NCBI RefSeq assembly: GCF_000150275.1
Contig: NW_002060948.1
Location: 5,892,411-5,956,410, forward strand
Direction: 5' to 3'
Origin: Trichoplax adhaerens
Lineage: Eukaryota; Animalia; Placozoa
Length of the DNA stretch: 64,000 bases
Made by a program: the position numbers and the translations under genes. The notes under the pieces are model-generated. The model saw nothing but the letters and a program-made list of their open reading frames with translations. It did not search any database and had not been told where the DNA came from. Positions 31,482-45,700 of the stretch are shown here, piece after piece; position 1 is the first letter of the stretch, and each line of letters starts with the position of its first letter.

Positions 31482-32579
31482 CCATTGGAATCGATACGCA
31501 AGATAAGGGGCTGACGCCTGACCACAAACACTTCACAACAGTCTATTATTATCATGCAGGTCAGAGAGAAATGTCATTGACGTCCGATAGGTGACACACA
31601 ACGATACGCTGACTTGGATGAGTGACCAATCCACTTCAACTCGAAAATGTGACTCTCTATTGGACAGTACTTACAGTCTATACAGGGCGAGTATCAAGAC
31701 CTTCCCATAGGCCTGACCACGAACACTTCACTACAGTCTATTATTATCATGCAGGTCAGAGAGAAATGTCATTGACGTCCGATAGGTGTCATTGGAATCG
31801 ATACGCAAGATAAGGGGCTGACACCTGACCACAAACACTTCACTACAGTCTATTATTATCATGCAGGTCAGAGAGAAATGTCATTGAGGTCCGATAGGTG
31901 ACACACAACGATACGCTGACTTGGATGAGTGACCAGTCCACTTCAACTCGAAAATGTGACTCTCTATTGGACAGTACGTACAGTCTATACAGGGCGAGTA
32001 TCAAGACCTTCCCATAGGCCTGACCACGAACACTTCACTACAGTCTATTATTATCATGCAGGTCAGAGAGAAATGTCATTGATGTCCGATAGGTGACACA
32101 CAACGATACGCTGACTTGGATGTGTGACCAGTCCACTTCAATTCGAAAATGTGACTCCCTATTGGACACTGGACAGTACGTACAGTCCATACAGGGCGAG
32201 TATCAAGACCTTCCCACAGGCCTGACCACGAACACTTCACTGCAGTCTACTATTATCATGCATAGGTAACACACAACGATACGCTGACTTGGATGAGTGA
32301 CCAGTCCACTTCAACTCGAAAATGTGACTCGCTATTGGACAGTACGTACAGTCTATACAGGGCGAGTATCAAGACCTTCCCACAGGCCTGACCACGAACA
32401 CTTCACTACAGTCTATTATTATCATGCAGGTCAGAGAGAAATGTCATTGATGTCCGATAGGTGACACATAACGATACGCTGACTTGGATGTGTGACCAGT
32501 CCACTTCAACTCGAAAATGTGACTCCCTATTGGACACTGGACAGCACGTACAGTCCATACAGGGCGAGTATCAAGACCT
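31482..32579. repeat. ~195-bp tandem repeat, about 5-6 full or partial copies
   Basis: CCTGACCACRAACACTTCAC anchor at ~31517, 31712, 31824, 32019, 32221 and 32387; highly similar copies with internal deletions. Confidence 0.93.
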
Positions 32580-32595
32580 CACTTGGACTGGACGA

Positions 32596-32785
32596 TACTG
32601 TAATGTACTGTACAGTACAGTACTGTAATGCCGAGTCTCCTTACTGCCTTAAATGTGTACAGTACAGTATACTATATACTGTACAGTACAGTACTGTATA
32701 CATGTACTGTATATGGCATACTGTACAGTACAGTATATACGTACATTGTACTGTACACTACTGTACTGTACTCCAGTACAGTGTA
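32596..32785. repeat. (TACAG)/(TACTG) pentamer tract
   Basis: Same motif family as 17222-17370, lying upstream of the PACS first exon. Confidence 0.85.
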
Positions 32786-32980
32786 TTAAGGCCGTGGATC
32801 GGTGTCAATCAGCTCAATGCTCATCGATCTTTGTTAGCCAATTGCCTGCAATTCACTGTACATTTCAAAGGCCTTTTTACCTATTTTGCTGGCTTTTACT
32901 TCATAGTGTATGTGGCAAAAGAAGTGAATTATATTAATCAGCAGATTCTAGTGATTATACGTACCATTAACGACACATTA

Positions 32981-33087
32981 ATGGCTTCCCCAAAGAAATT
33001 TACCGGTGTTTCTTCTTTGGCTCCTCCACCTATGAAATTTTTTGCAACATGGGAAGTCGATCGTGCTCAACCCAATTGTGTTCCAAG
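32981..33087 (+). CDS. PACS: Phosphofurin acidic cluster sorting protein, first coding exon only
   Basis: MASPKKFTGVSSLAPPPMKFFATWEVDRAQPNCVPR|gtaat matches the PACS1/2 motif MxxxATWEVDRxxxxCVPR; no further exons found around the gap at 33582. Confidence 0.85.
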
Positions 33088-33581
33088 GTAATTACTTGCA
33101 ATAACCCAGTTTCAATGGCAAATTTGTTCATTTCACTAATATGATTTACCTATTTATTGGCCTTGACACTCTATAAACTGTAATAGGAGTGATATAGTCG
33201 TACTATCCTTCGTATTAAATTAGGACAGAAATGATTTACTACCTTCTTCAAAATGACTACAAGTAATGTGCAATCGATTGTATCAGCCATGATTTAAATG
33301 CTATAGTACAAATATTGAATTGTTGCAAAATAGCAATTTCCGAACAGATTGCAAAAGATTTAATTAATATAGTATTGTTATTATTCAAGTTGTCTTTCAC
33401 CTTGGCCTCCAATATCTTCATTATGAATCGTTAAAATGCTAATCTAGATCACAAAATTCGTAACATAATATTATTCGATAATAATCCATCAAAGCGATTA
33501 TCGTGTCTAGTGCTTACTGGATCGACATACAGTACTCGGATACTGTAATAATAGAAAGAGAGTATTTACTCTTGCCTATGA

Positions 33582-33631
33582 NNNNNNNNNNNNNNNNNNN
33601 NNNNNNNNNNNNNNNNNNNNNNNNNNNNNNN
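33582..33631. other. Assembly gap (50 N)
   Basis: N run. Confidence 1.
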
Positions 33632-34163
33632 GAACTATCATCGAGTTGAGGAAAGCCTACCCTTGGCAGGCTCAAGTCTGAACTTGTAGGCAACGCTTGG
33701 TTGTAGTCAATTCATCGAACCAAATGGATTGAACAACTGTAGACTGTAGAGATGATCCTTGACTAGATTCTTGTTCGAGCTCATTATTGCTCTACGATTC
33801 TGAATTCTGTAACAATAAAAAGCATTCTATTTGCTTTAGTCAATGATTTGGTAAGTATTCGATAAGATGGAATGGAACAGTTGTGAAATACATTTATTAC
33901 AACAAGATTAGTCAATATCGTCATTTTTCAACTTCAGTACCAAATGAAATCTATCCATCAAGGAATGACGCTATGATCGGCATAGGCTACAAATAACCAT
34001 TGCTTCAATCCATAAATTAAACTCATAATAAGTAAGATGAATTATGAACGAGTAAACTGCTCGGTCAATGACCGGGTGTTGGGCGTTATGAAGTGGGTGA
34101 AAATGCTTCGCGAAGTACGAGACTGCAAGCGAGCTGTTGGCGGTTTTCCGCTAAGTGATGGCC

Positions 34164-34316
34164 AGCTTGGCGTTCGCGATGTTGTTTTAATCTCCTATAT
34201 CTTGAAGTTTGCGATGAACGACGGACAGTGAGCTTGGCGTTCGCGATGTTGTTTTAATCTCCTATATCTTGGAGTTTGCGATGAACGACGGACAGTGAGC
34301 TTTGCGTTGGCGATGG
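34164..34316. repeat. 67-bp direct tandem repeat (2 copies plus a partial third)
   Basis: AGCTTGGCGTTCGCGATGTTG...GACGGACAGTG starts at 34164 and 34231 (one mismatch); partial copy at 34298. Confidence 0.9.
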
Positions 34317-34579
34317 AATTGTTTTCTTTTCTGACCATGCCTTTTCCGTATTCTCCATCTTAATCGATAAATACAATAATAATTATGATCGATTTATTTC
34401 GACTCGACTATAACATTCAACATTATATTATCAACAACGCTGTTATGGACTAGAATACTGTATAGTTTTGACATTACAAGTCAGTTGTATTTTCTACATT
34501 GCACGCGGGCATTGTACTGTATACGTTGGCCGTTTGGCATATACTGTCCAGCAGAAAGTCTTTTATAGTTAGTTATTTT

Positions 34580-36390
34580 TCCTATTACAGTAGCCTACAA
34601 CGACCAGATGCCATTAAAATGCAAATAGACTATTTTTCTTATTCAGCTTCTTTTGAGCGTTAGATGTCAATGAAATTTTTCTCCATTTCCTTTTCTAATT
34701 TATGACCAGTATGGGGTAAGAGCTGAGACCTAAGCTACCCTTGGTTGTCTACCCTCATCTTGGGCCAAGCAAAAGTAAGAGACTGCAGCCTGCTTAAAAC
34801 TATTGCTAACAGCTCCAACCCATTCACTAATAAAACCGCGATTTTTTCGCCAAGATGTAACATCCTTGACACCATTATTTCCATTAGGACAAGTGTTTTA
34901 ATCTTTCAATTTACCCTTGGAATCTCTATCTCCCTATAGAATTTATTTTTTTTTACACCAAGTTTTGAGTGTAAAATATTATATTTCATGCAACTTGGAT
35001 TTTTGATAATAAAATGTTGAGGATTGCGGATACTTTTACTCCTTATTATATACTTAATTATACCTATTAAAATCAAAATTTTTAACAATTATTTTATGGA
35101 ATATATCTTGGGAAATATGAAATGATCATGAGTCTGGGGCATAGAAGTGAAGTAAGCTTTATGTACAATCCAGTTGTATCAAATTCATATCCATTGCATT
35201 ATTTTATCTTCCAGAACAAGTGGCATTGAAAGTAAAACAAATGTCCTTTTTAAGGTTAAGGACCTGTAGTGATTTCAGCTGATTACAGCAGTTTTTAGGC
35301 TAACAACCCGTACACTACAGGACCGTGCCTTACGTCCAATTATATAATAGCTGGCGAGCAGCCAGCTACTAAGGATTGGTAATGAAATTACTCTACCATG
35401 TTTAAAAATGAGTTTTCGTTTGAATTTATTATGTGATGACGATTCACGACTCAATACTCTAAACCAAGACTGCGGCAAATAATTTCATCTATACAATTGT
35501 TAGTGACGCGTGCAAGGCACTTAATTTTCACATAGAAAGGGTAGTCGCACGATAAACTATAATTAGTTTCTTTTATACGTAATTCAATAGCTAAACAAGT
35601 TAAACATCTTAGGTTCGGTTAAAACAGTACGAGTAATCTTGCATCATCTTCATGGCTATTATACAAGGCTCAAATAAACTTGAAGAAAAATAGGAGAATA
35701 AACATAGGTCAACTGCTTACGTCCTCCAGGCACTATCAAGTGCCACAATTAAACCGAAAAGTTGTATTAAAATTACTTTTGGCCGATCATTAGTTATAGT
35801 TCATTCCACTTATGTCTTTTAGTAATCGCTGAATAATAATCAATATAAATATATGTTTAATTAAAATACCTCAGTACAATACTCTACTTTGTACTAGTAA
35901 AATTTACACTTGCATAAAAGAAATTCTCGCTTTGCTTAAGGGCAGGTACACTTACCGGTCGAGTTGAAACATTGGTGTCGCAGGCTAATATCCTTATTGG
36001 TATCCTGCAATACATTATACAACTGTGCATGCAGTAATACAAGAAAAACAGGTAAAGGGCATCAACTATGCCAGTGCCACTACAAGCAAATACCATGAAA
36101 CTTTTTGTTAATTGAAAGGTGGGATGCAGTGTCAAAACTCAAACGAGTCATCCGAAGACTAAATATTTCATTCTTGCTAATGCTACGCCGTAAAGAACTA
36201 ATCCAACAATAAACGTTATAGTGGTTAGAAGCGAAATCACCAGACGTGACTTTGCCTATCACAAGCAGTATAATCAATAGTTTTAAGAATTCAAAAGCAG
36301 AAAAATAAATAGTTTTAAGAAATTCAAAAGCAAACAAATAAATACTTTCGATTTTGAGCTAGCTAAACTTAATGAGATTTAATGCTATCA
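34580..36390. repeat. Diverged segmental duplicate of ~39030-41040
   Basis: Colinear shared blocks, e.g. CCTATTAC, CATCCTTGAC, AATTTACCCTT, AGAAAGGGTAGTC, TAGTTATAGTTCATTCCACT and exon 3 with its flanks. Confidence 0.8.
35750..36255 (-). pseudogene. MS4A-like pseudogene (exons 3-4 only)
   Basis: 300-nt exon 36255-35956 colinear with exon 40942-40643, but with in-frame TGA at 36150-36148 and 36141-36139; exon 4 has an early TAA. Confidence 0.8.
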
Positions 36391-37559
36391 TTGTTCAACG
36401 ACCAAACGACGACCGGCTAAAAATATAAAAATTGCATATATTCAGTGATATGTCGCCAGCGTCTAACGATCAAATGCCACTGGTCGTTCTCTTACAGGTT
36501 TTGTACAGAAAGGGCATTACTTGTAGCAGTGAAACGCCAATCACGTAAAAGTAGCTTAAATTGTAAGGTCAGTTCTAAATTTTCGTGTCAACTATTCATA
36601 ATTCGCAATTCTACTGAAAGTGTCATAACAAAAATCTCACAGTACTCATATGCTTAACATAATCTATCTATGTCGCGAAGCCTTATTTAATAAAATGCCT
36701 TCTCAAAAATTGAACTAGAACTACAGTTTCTCGTCAACTTCACTTTATTACATTAGATTAGGTTCGTCTTACACTTCTAATTAAAGCGTCACAATACAAA
36801 TCTCACAGTACTAACATACTTAGGGTAATTCATTATTATCTCAGAATCTTAATTTAATAAGCATCTCAATACGATTATTGCTACAATACGTACTGTAAAC
36901 ATCTTCCGCAATTAGACACTTAGGCAATCTTACAATCTAGCATATAATTTCTCTATTTACGTACAATGCTATAATCTTAATCTTATTTAGGACTGCACTA
37001 CACCTTAATATAAAAATCTCAATACCATTGCCACAGTACGCAATGTAATCATTTCTACAAGTAGACATTTATATACAATTTCACAATCTGACACATTCAA
37101 TTATTTTTATTTTCGTGGAATCCTATAATTGTAATCTTAAGCTACATTGAAGCTGCGTCACAATCCGCTATTAATGAGATGTAATTCAGTAAAGATTTTA
37201 TAAAAATCCCAACGTAATTACAAAGAGCTATAAAAAGTTAATCATGGTAAATTACTGCGTTGCTACAGAAGAAGTTGCAATTCTAAAAGGTTCGTAAATC
37301 GTAACCTTTAATCAAGATAGAAACAGCGACTGGGGGCTATAGACAGATACGTCTGGTTGCCTCTTGAGAACATCGCTCCCTCGGTCAAGTTGAAATTTTC
37401 TTTACGGTACAAGGAGAACAAAACAGATAAACGAATTTTGAATAAGCTGGTATAGATTTGCCTAATAAACAATTGGGATATCCAAACGTTAGTATCTATA
37501 GTTCATTATGTGCGAATAGAACTAGACAGATCTGGCTGGAGAACCTTTACTGTATTAGT

Positions 37560-38430
37560 TGTGAAACTTCAATAGTAGTATACCCTCATAACGGAGCGTT
37601 CTTGGTAATATCCTCTTAAGTGGAAGACATTTAAAATAAAACGAAGCAATTATGTCAGTACCAAAGTAGGCCACAATCAGTAATCTCTTCAATCGTTTGA
37701 AGAGAGAGATATGTTGCGGAATTTCTAGTCCAAATCTAAAGACTTTGAATATCGTGTCTGTAAATGTAGTACCATAAAGCATAAATCCAAAAATAACTGT
37801 AATAACACTTATTAGAACTGAAGGCCAGATGGGCTATTGCCTACCGCAAGCAGTATAATTATTATTTTAAGGATTCAAAATATAGAAGTAGATGCTTTTG
37901 ATCTTAAATCAGCTTTGCTAAATGCTTTTGCTCTATTTAAAGTCTAAACGTATTTAGATCTTACAATTATACTACATAATAACTCCTATCAAATCGTTTA
38001 TTGTCGTGTATGCAAGTATAAATGCCATGACAATAAGGCATTAAGCGCCCTTTGAAGGATATTTCTTCGATTTTGGGCAGTACCTTAGCTCTAATTTCGT
38101 AAAGATATGACATGTATAGGATCCGGTTAATGACAAACAAATTAAAATCATATTAAAATTATAATCTTTGACTACTTTTCTTACCGGGCGTGCCTATATT
38201 TACCTCTTTTACATACAATTCCTAAAATGCTGGTAATAATTATATATATAATAGTCTGTAGTTTGTAGCATCTATTAAGAGCAATAAGAAAAAATGATTT
38301 ATTTTTAAGTATGTAATGTAAATTTTTAACTTTACAAGTGTAATGGAGACATATGAATCTTGAAATTGAACAAATCAAAAGTAACCCTATCAAAAATAAC
38401 GAAATGGTTGCCGCTAAACTTAGACGATAT
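37560..38430 (-). pseudogene. MS4A-like pseudogene (degenerate exons 1-3)
   Basis: Exon-2 remnant IITSILGIVCKRGKYRH (38240-38185) has indels and has lost its acceptor AG; exon-3 remnant AIAHLAF... from 37840 is frameshifted; TM1-like remnant at ~38430-38340. Confidence 0.65.
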
Positions 38431-40479
38431 CATATAATTATGTGTAATATGTATTACAGATCAACTGTTCTTCCAGTCCGTTTATTTGTCGTTCAGCCAA
38501 GTTATAAATAATCAGCTGGCAATAACTGATTCTGCCTCTAATAAACTGTAAATTCGATATTAATTAAATGCAAATTAAACTTATTTGCATATGATTATAA
38601 TTAACTGTCAATACGGAGTGCTTCGTAAATTACATCTCAAATCATTCCCACAATCAAATTCTCCTTTCATCCCATAAAAATAGCCTATTTCATCAAAAGT
38701 TTCACTTGCATTACTGCTTTAAAGTTTTCAAGTTTACTAAACATCGATTACAAATTACATGCTAGTAGCTAATTAGTAAAATCAAAATTAATGAGGGCTA
38801 TTTTTAAAGTAGAAGCTAAGATTATCTACGGTACTATCTTATTGCGGGAATAATGATGATCTCGCAATAAGTCGATCTAACAATAGTGAATAAAACAGTG
38901 TACTACGTAAAATTAGTTGTTGAAACACTGCAGCAAAGATTGTAATTAGACAACATAAGAAGTACGCAGCTAGGCCTCATGCTCTCGGACCGACTTCCCT
39001 CCTGCAGGAATCAATCTTATGTAATTTCCTTCCTATTACGATAGCCCAAAATGGCTAGATAGATACCTGTTAGATACCAATAAAATGTATCGACTAATTT
39101 TCTTATTTAGTTTCTACGTTCAGAATGACTTTTATGAGTGTGAGATATCAATGCAATCCTTATCAGATTTTCTTTTCCGGCTTCTCTGTTAAGTATGGCC
39201 ACGGATCGTTAGACCCAAACTAGGCTGGATTGTCATTCCTCATCCTTGATCAATCAAACTTTGATACTTTAGCTTATTACCAGCGACTCTATCTCATCTG
39301 CTAATAAAACTTTGCCACCATTTAACCAGAAGCAACATCCTTGACACTACTAATTCCATCCTGACTGGAGCCATCATCTTACTAATTACCCTTAGGACAC
39401 TTATATCGCTACAAAATCTACTTTCCCACTCTAAGTTTTCAGTATAAAATATTAGATCCTATTCAACTCGAATTTTTGACAATTATTTGTTGAGGATAAC
39501 CGATGCTTTACATGGATAAGATTTTTCATATTTCTTTTTAATATATCTTGCAACGTTAAAAGACTATGAATTTAGATACAGATGTAAAGTAAATTTACAG
39601 ATTGTTCTGCTGTATCTACTTCATCTTTAGTGCATTTACTTTATCCTTTAAAACTGGTAACATTAAACTAAAGCAAATATCCTATTTAATAAACGGTAGA
39701 GCTTTAAATCGAATCATTTACTAGCTAGTTGTTCACTAGCTACTGCTAACAGGTAATGAAATCATTCTACCGCATTTAAAATAAGAGCTAGCTTGTGAGT
39801 GACGATGTTGAAATATGCAGCCATCGATTATATAATAGCGACTCACAGCCCATATGCTAAACAAAGACGGCAATAACAGATTTTCAAGTATGCATATAAC
39901 GGTAAATACCTCATGCATGCTAGACCCCTAACGTACAAATTTCGTAAGAAAGGGTAGTCACTCATTAAACTTTAATTAATTATTTTAATTGATAATACGA
40001 CGGCTGAACAAGGTAAACATCCTAGGCTCGATTGAAAGAGTAAAAGTAGCCCTTATATAATCTCCCTGGTCATGGTACAAAACACAAGCTAATTCAGAGA
40101 GCATAGGAGAATCAAGATAGACTTAAGCTCGTACAGCTCATTACACCCTACATGTAAAAAATTAAATCAGACTAGCTTGCACAACGCTACATAAAATGGA
40201 GCCATTATGAGATTTTTCAAATAGCTAGTAAAAATTTATCCAAAAATTAAGGAATCATTTTTTAGATTACTTAGTGTTTCTCATGAACTGCAGTAGTAAA
40301 GAGAAAAAACTTGCAAAACGTTACCTTTACTTTATCTGAAGTCGAAAACACAACAAACTACTGGAGTAAATACGCATAAAAAAGATATCGCCACGTTTAC
40401 AAAATAACATCTAGGACTATCAAAGTGCTGATTAATCGCTGATTAATTCCTTTATGTACTCTACTATCAAGTGGCATAT

Positions 40480-42704
40480 TTAAACTGAATAGTTATTTTG
40501 TAAATTATTATTGGCCGGTAGATAGTTATAGTTCATTCCACTAGAGTCTTGCAGCATTTGCTATGAAATAATAAAACTGGATCAATATATGTATGTACAT
40601 ATAAAGTAAATTCTCGCTTTACTTAGAAATAGGTACACTTACCGGTCGAATTGAAACATTAACATCGTGGGTTAACGTTTGTTTTGGCATCCTACAATAC
40701 ATTATAGAACTATGCATGCTGTAGTACAAGAAAAAGAGGTAAATGGCAGCAACTACGCCAGTACCACAATAACCAAAAATCAATTGAGTATTAGATGGTT
40801 TAAAGAATGGGAAAATTTGCACAATTGCAAAGAGCCATCCAAGGACTAATTTTTTCATATTCACTAATGCTACTCCACAAAGAGCCAATCCAGCAATAAC
40901 CGTAAGGATGGTAAAAATCGAAAACACCAGATGAGTTGTTGCCTGCCAGAATCAGTATAATAAAGTAGCTTTAAGGACTCAATAGCAGAAAAATAAATAC
41001 TTTAAGCTTTAAGTTAGCTTAACTACATTATCATTAATGCTAGTTACTACGGAATTTACCACATTTCCCGTTACTAATGTCTGCTAAGTGGTTTATCAGT
41101 GCGCAATGAGGTCGTAAATGCAGTAGTAATAAGGCTTTTAAATAACCTTTTGTAAACTTAACTTTATTGCTAACTTAGACGTTGTATTAGCTTTCTTTTG
41201 TTATTAATATGTAATTATTTATTAGATTTAGTAAATAATAAGACAACATTAATCAATACAAAATTATAATCTGTTCTTACCGCGCAGTGTCTATATTCAC
41301 CATTTCTGTATGCACAGATTCCTATGATGCTAGTGATAAAAAGCTGTAACATTCGTTAATAAGAGCAATGAGAATAATCGACTCGTTTATACGAAATGTA
41401 CGATCGAATTTTAAACTTTACTAGAATAATTAATTAGCGTAAATTTTTGCCTTAAAGTATACCGCATTCAGCTATGATAAGAGCAATAAAATGCATGTAC
41501 ACTAGTCTAATTTGATGCCACCTTATTAATTGTAAAAGTATGATAGCCACTAGCTTTAGTTAGCCAAGAAACTATGGGCGCGCAAGCTGTATGATAACCA
41601 TTTTCTTATCGGAATACTGTATAAGTATCAATTTTTCAACTTCATATTAGAAGCTAGGTCAGAAAATGAACGCTTTTACTTCTATTTACGAGTATACGCG
41701 CAAACGCCTACTGTGATACATACTAATGTATAGTAAGGCAAAAACAATGATACATAATTCTTTGCAGCAGGAAATAGGTTTAACTGGTTAAGTACGACTT
41801 CAATAATAAATTGTAAGATGATGATACCAGCCCTTAGGAGACTAGTAGCATCAAAGATCTTGCATTCAAGCGTTTAAATAGTCGACTTTTATTAGTGAGT
41901 AAAATAGAGACGATATATGTAGCCAATGATCTACGCCTCGGTATATTTAGGTGGTTTAAAATAGTCGAGGGCTAGGGAGAATAAATTGATAAACATCTTT
42001 ATCAAATGTTGTAACGACGGATATAAAAGGCTAACTCTTTATTAGGAGTGTAGTCTGAGATCTAGCTGTTTATAGATTACGTTGTTTAGGTTAGCTCCTG
42101 TAATATTCTACGATAATTTTAAGTAATCGACTATTTTTTATTTGCTAATATTATGAGGCGATTCATTGAGTGACCTTTCTATAGTAGGGATAAAAATAGT
42201 ACTTTATGAAAGTAGGCATAGTTCAAGTGATATTCAGACCTACTTATGCGGATAAATTAATATAAATGCAAAATTGTTCAAATATATATATATATTCACT
42301 GTCTTGAATTAGCCTAGTTCAGTTAACTTTCATCCCTTCAGGCTACTTTTTCTGTGTTCTAAACTTTCACTTTCAAACGTTTGTTTGGGATTTTAGTTTA
42401 ACAAGGGATGTTTCTGATTCAGGTAAGTGCCATGCTAACGTAAAATAATACTTGTAGAGTATTTAGACTGTTACAACCGACTCACCATACCAGGAACCCA
42501 AAACCAATGATAACCTTCAACCATCCCGATGGTAAAAGGACCAACTTTATCAGGTAAGATTAATCCGGCTACTCCGACACCAGCGATAATAATAGAGAAT
42601 ACCAGAGAAGCAATGGATAAACTACAAATAACTTTTAACGAATTGCTCCATTCTGCATTAGCAGAGTTTTGAAATTTCATAACGGGTGCTGGTATTTGAT
42701 TCAT
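40480..42704 (-). CDS. MS4A/CD20-like four-transmembrane protein (4 exons), paralogue of 678-2361
   Basis: Exons 42704-42486, 41343-41281, 40942-40643 and 40560-40480 join in frame at phase 0. YHWFWVPGMLFITSIIGICAY, THLVF and HSSIMYCR align with the first gene. Confidence 0.75.
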
Positions 42705-45700
42705 AATTGCAATTTTTCGGTACTAACTTGACGATTGAAAGGAGAACGTGACGACCGATCTAGTTTATCTTAACTTTAAGAATAGTCTGATTCTTCTGAA
42801 ATTTATGCGTACACTAACAATAGCACGCTCATAAAAATAAAATCAACTCACGTGGCTGTTAAAAGTGTTATTCATAACGCTTGTAAGCCAATCTTTTAAA
42901 AGTTCATCTTACTTTCTAGTTACAGTTGTAAACAAAAGATTTTCATTACAATATAAAAAATAATGATATGCAATGCGGGATAGGCCTTGGAAAAATATAA
43001 TTTACAAGAAGTATTTTCCATCCTTTTTATCTTTTGCTATTTGTATGACACTTATTGACATTACTTTATAAACATTGCATTCTTCTAGAAATTATGAGTT
43101 TCTGTAAGTCACATAAGTACGGTAATAATTAAAAACATGACCCAAATTATGGTTTGCAAGTACGTATTAACCGAGATTGCGGTACTTTTTCGCTATCAAG
43201 CCGACAGCCATAATAGAATTGATATATAATTAGGGTATTTTGGGTTTAAACACCTTACAGTGGTAACGTTGGTGAAATTTCTATCTGCTAATAAATATCG
43301 TAACTACCGCTTTCAACGGCAAACTCTTCGAGCTAGCAAAACTAAAGTACTGTAACGCCTAACTACTGAAATTAGCTGAAATTATTACAAGTACTTATTC
43401 CTTTCATAGCTTAATCAGTGGAGCGAGTGAACCTAAGTGAGTGACTATAATTATAATTTTAATTAAATAAAAGTACTATTACATTTCGTACCACAAACTC
43501 ATGCAGCAGGTAGTATGTATCTTACCAGAAATATAATCGCACACTGTCTCGTTAGGTTTACGAACAAGGCCGTGAGCATTTGGTGCATGTTATTGTACTG
43601 ACTATAAGAACTTCACAAAGTGGATTTAATATGCTTCTCTGATGTATAAGATACAATGAGTAATTTCAAGAAAGTCTTTTTAATAGCAAAACAATTGTTT
43701 AATTGAATAGGGACTGTAATAGAGTTTAAAATATCACATGATTTATTTTACACCATTTCCGCGCCGAAAAATAATACTACGAGTAGCTTTCTTGAAGTCA
43801 ATTTTGGCTATTATCTCATAATCTTAAAATTTTTAAAAAGGAGGAATTTAAAGAATATAGCTGATCTACTGTATCTTTGCAGTCTCAATAGGCTTACTTC
43901 TAGACAATGTCGGCAAGCAACGATTTCTATTATTAGTTGTCTTTTGATATAATTTTCTTTGTCAACGTGTACGAATGGCGAATGTCTGAATAGATTCATT
44001 GACTACCAAAAGGAATTACTGGCACTCAACTATTAGTTTTATTTTTCACGAATAGTGGTAGTAGGCTTTGATTTAATTGATTAAAACATATATACATCTA
44101 AACTAAAAGTCACAATAGTACAAAGGCTAAATCGGCATTCATTTGCTTAATTCTTTATACAAGGATTAGTCTTACCCAAAATTTTTATAAAAAGCTTGAT
44201 TGGCTAACTCTTGCGGTATTTAAAGAATAAATTATACTGTACTAATTTGATTACACATCTGCTAGTTATTGACGATATAATGGTCATTTTTCGATCTCGA
44301 GCTGCAATTAAATTACTTATATTGATTTGCAGATTGCACATAGTATACTATTCTAAAAGATAAATCCTGTAATAGTACCTATAACTATCAACAGCAGTGT
44401 TGCATTAGTTCTATAGTATTAATAGGATAAATGCAGTTCAATTACATGCTTAGAAATTTTCAAGAAAATGCAGAAGAATGTACTTATAGTATACTGTACT
44501 GTAAGCATAGAAATTGAAAGGCACCACTTGTTATTTTTGGATCGAGTTTTCAAAACTAGCGACAAGCGGAATCGTGTATAAGATCGTATGATGATAATTA
44601 TGCAAGTTTTCCACCGTATTTTATGATATTTCCTTTCGAAATTGTTCGATCAATTAAACTGATTTCTAACTGTAGTTTAGAAAAATGATTTTACTTTCGT
44701 ATGTGCTTCTAAATGAAATCTCTGATAAAATAGGGCAAACAGATACTGTAGATTTCGTAATACCACTAGGGCTATACAAATATTTGGAAAATTACACGTA
44801 AACTATCTCATTCGCTATTAGACACCAATTTAAAATTTAAAAGTATTTTGAAGTCCCGAGCTATAAAATATGACTATTTACTAAATTCATGCTCCTATGT
44901 ACTTTATTATTGTTAAATATGCAAAAAACTGTCCGATGTCCACTACCTATCGTAGCCCGAGAACTTATTTCAGCTTGAACCTTCATTGAATATAATTACA
45001 CAGTAAGCCCAAACTATTATATGCAGTGCGAGTACAGTTGACAGGCCTTCCTATTTGCAAGCAATGTGCCGGCATGTACATTATACAATAACTGCAGTAT
45101 CTTAAAAAATATAGAATGATCTGGAACTAAGAACCAAAATTACTGGGCATAAATACATATGGATCACTGTATCATGAAGAATTAAAATATACCAACAATC
45201 GGAGAAATCAGTGGCAGATTAGAAGTTGATTTATAGAATTTCCTTTATTTTTTAGACCGGATAGTAGAAATACTTAATTAATACTGTAATAAAGGACTAA
45301 AAGTAGAGTCCTTTATAGCTTTTAGTATGTAACTAGTATTATTTTACTATAGAAAATACCTATAAAGTGATAGTGTCTTTATGTTTTACCCTGCCAAATC
45401 ATCATGTCGCCATATTTTCTTCTTCATTATTTTACATAGTATTATATAGATTGCTATAGAAGTAGCCGTAGAGCAATTGCCTAACCTGAAGTAAGGGTGT
45501 TAGATAGTCTATTCAAAATGTAAATGAATTTGACTTAGTAACAAAACCCTATCCGTAGAGAAAGGGGATTTATAACATGACAGTCAAGTGTTGTGATGTA
45601 GTCTATAATCGTACAGTTACCGTACAACCTGACGCTAAAACATTAACTGTCAATACTAAGCGATAATAATGTCAGAAAAGTAATCGTAGTAGTCATATAA

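Noticed and set aside
31575-31650. Hammerhead-like strings in the 195-bp repeat (TTGAYGTCCGATAGGTGACAC; GGATGAGT…ACTCGAAA)
   Set aside because: The required CUGANGA and GAAA core with a paired stem II is not intact on either strand.
32492-32980. 5' part of the 199-aa ORF and the overlapping 94-aa ORF
   Set aside because: They read through repeat and pentamer tracts; only the part from ATG 32981 matches PACS.
36139-36150. In-frame TGA codons as selenocysteine
   Set aside because: One aligns with Trp in the intact paralogue, exon 4 also has a TAA, upstream exons are missing and no SECIS is evident; this is a pseudogene.
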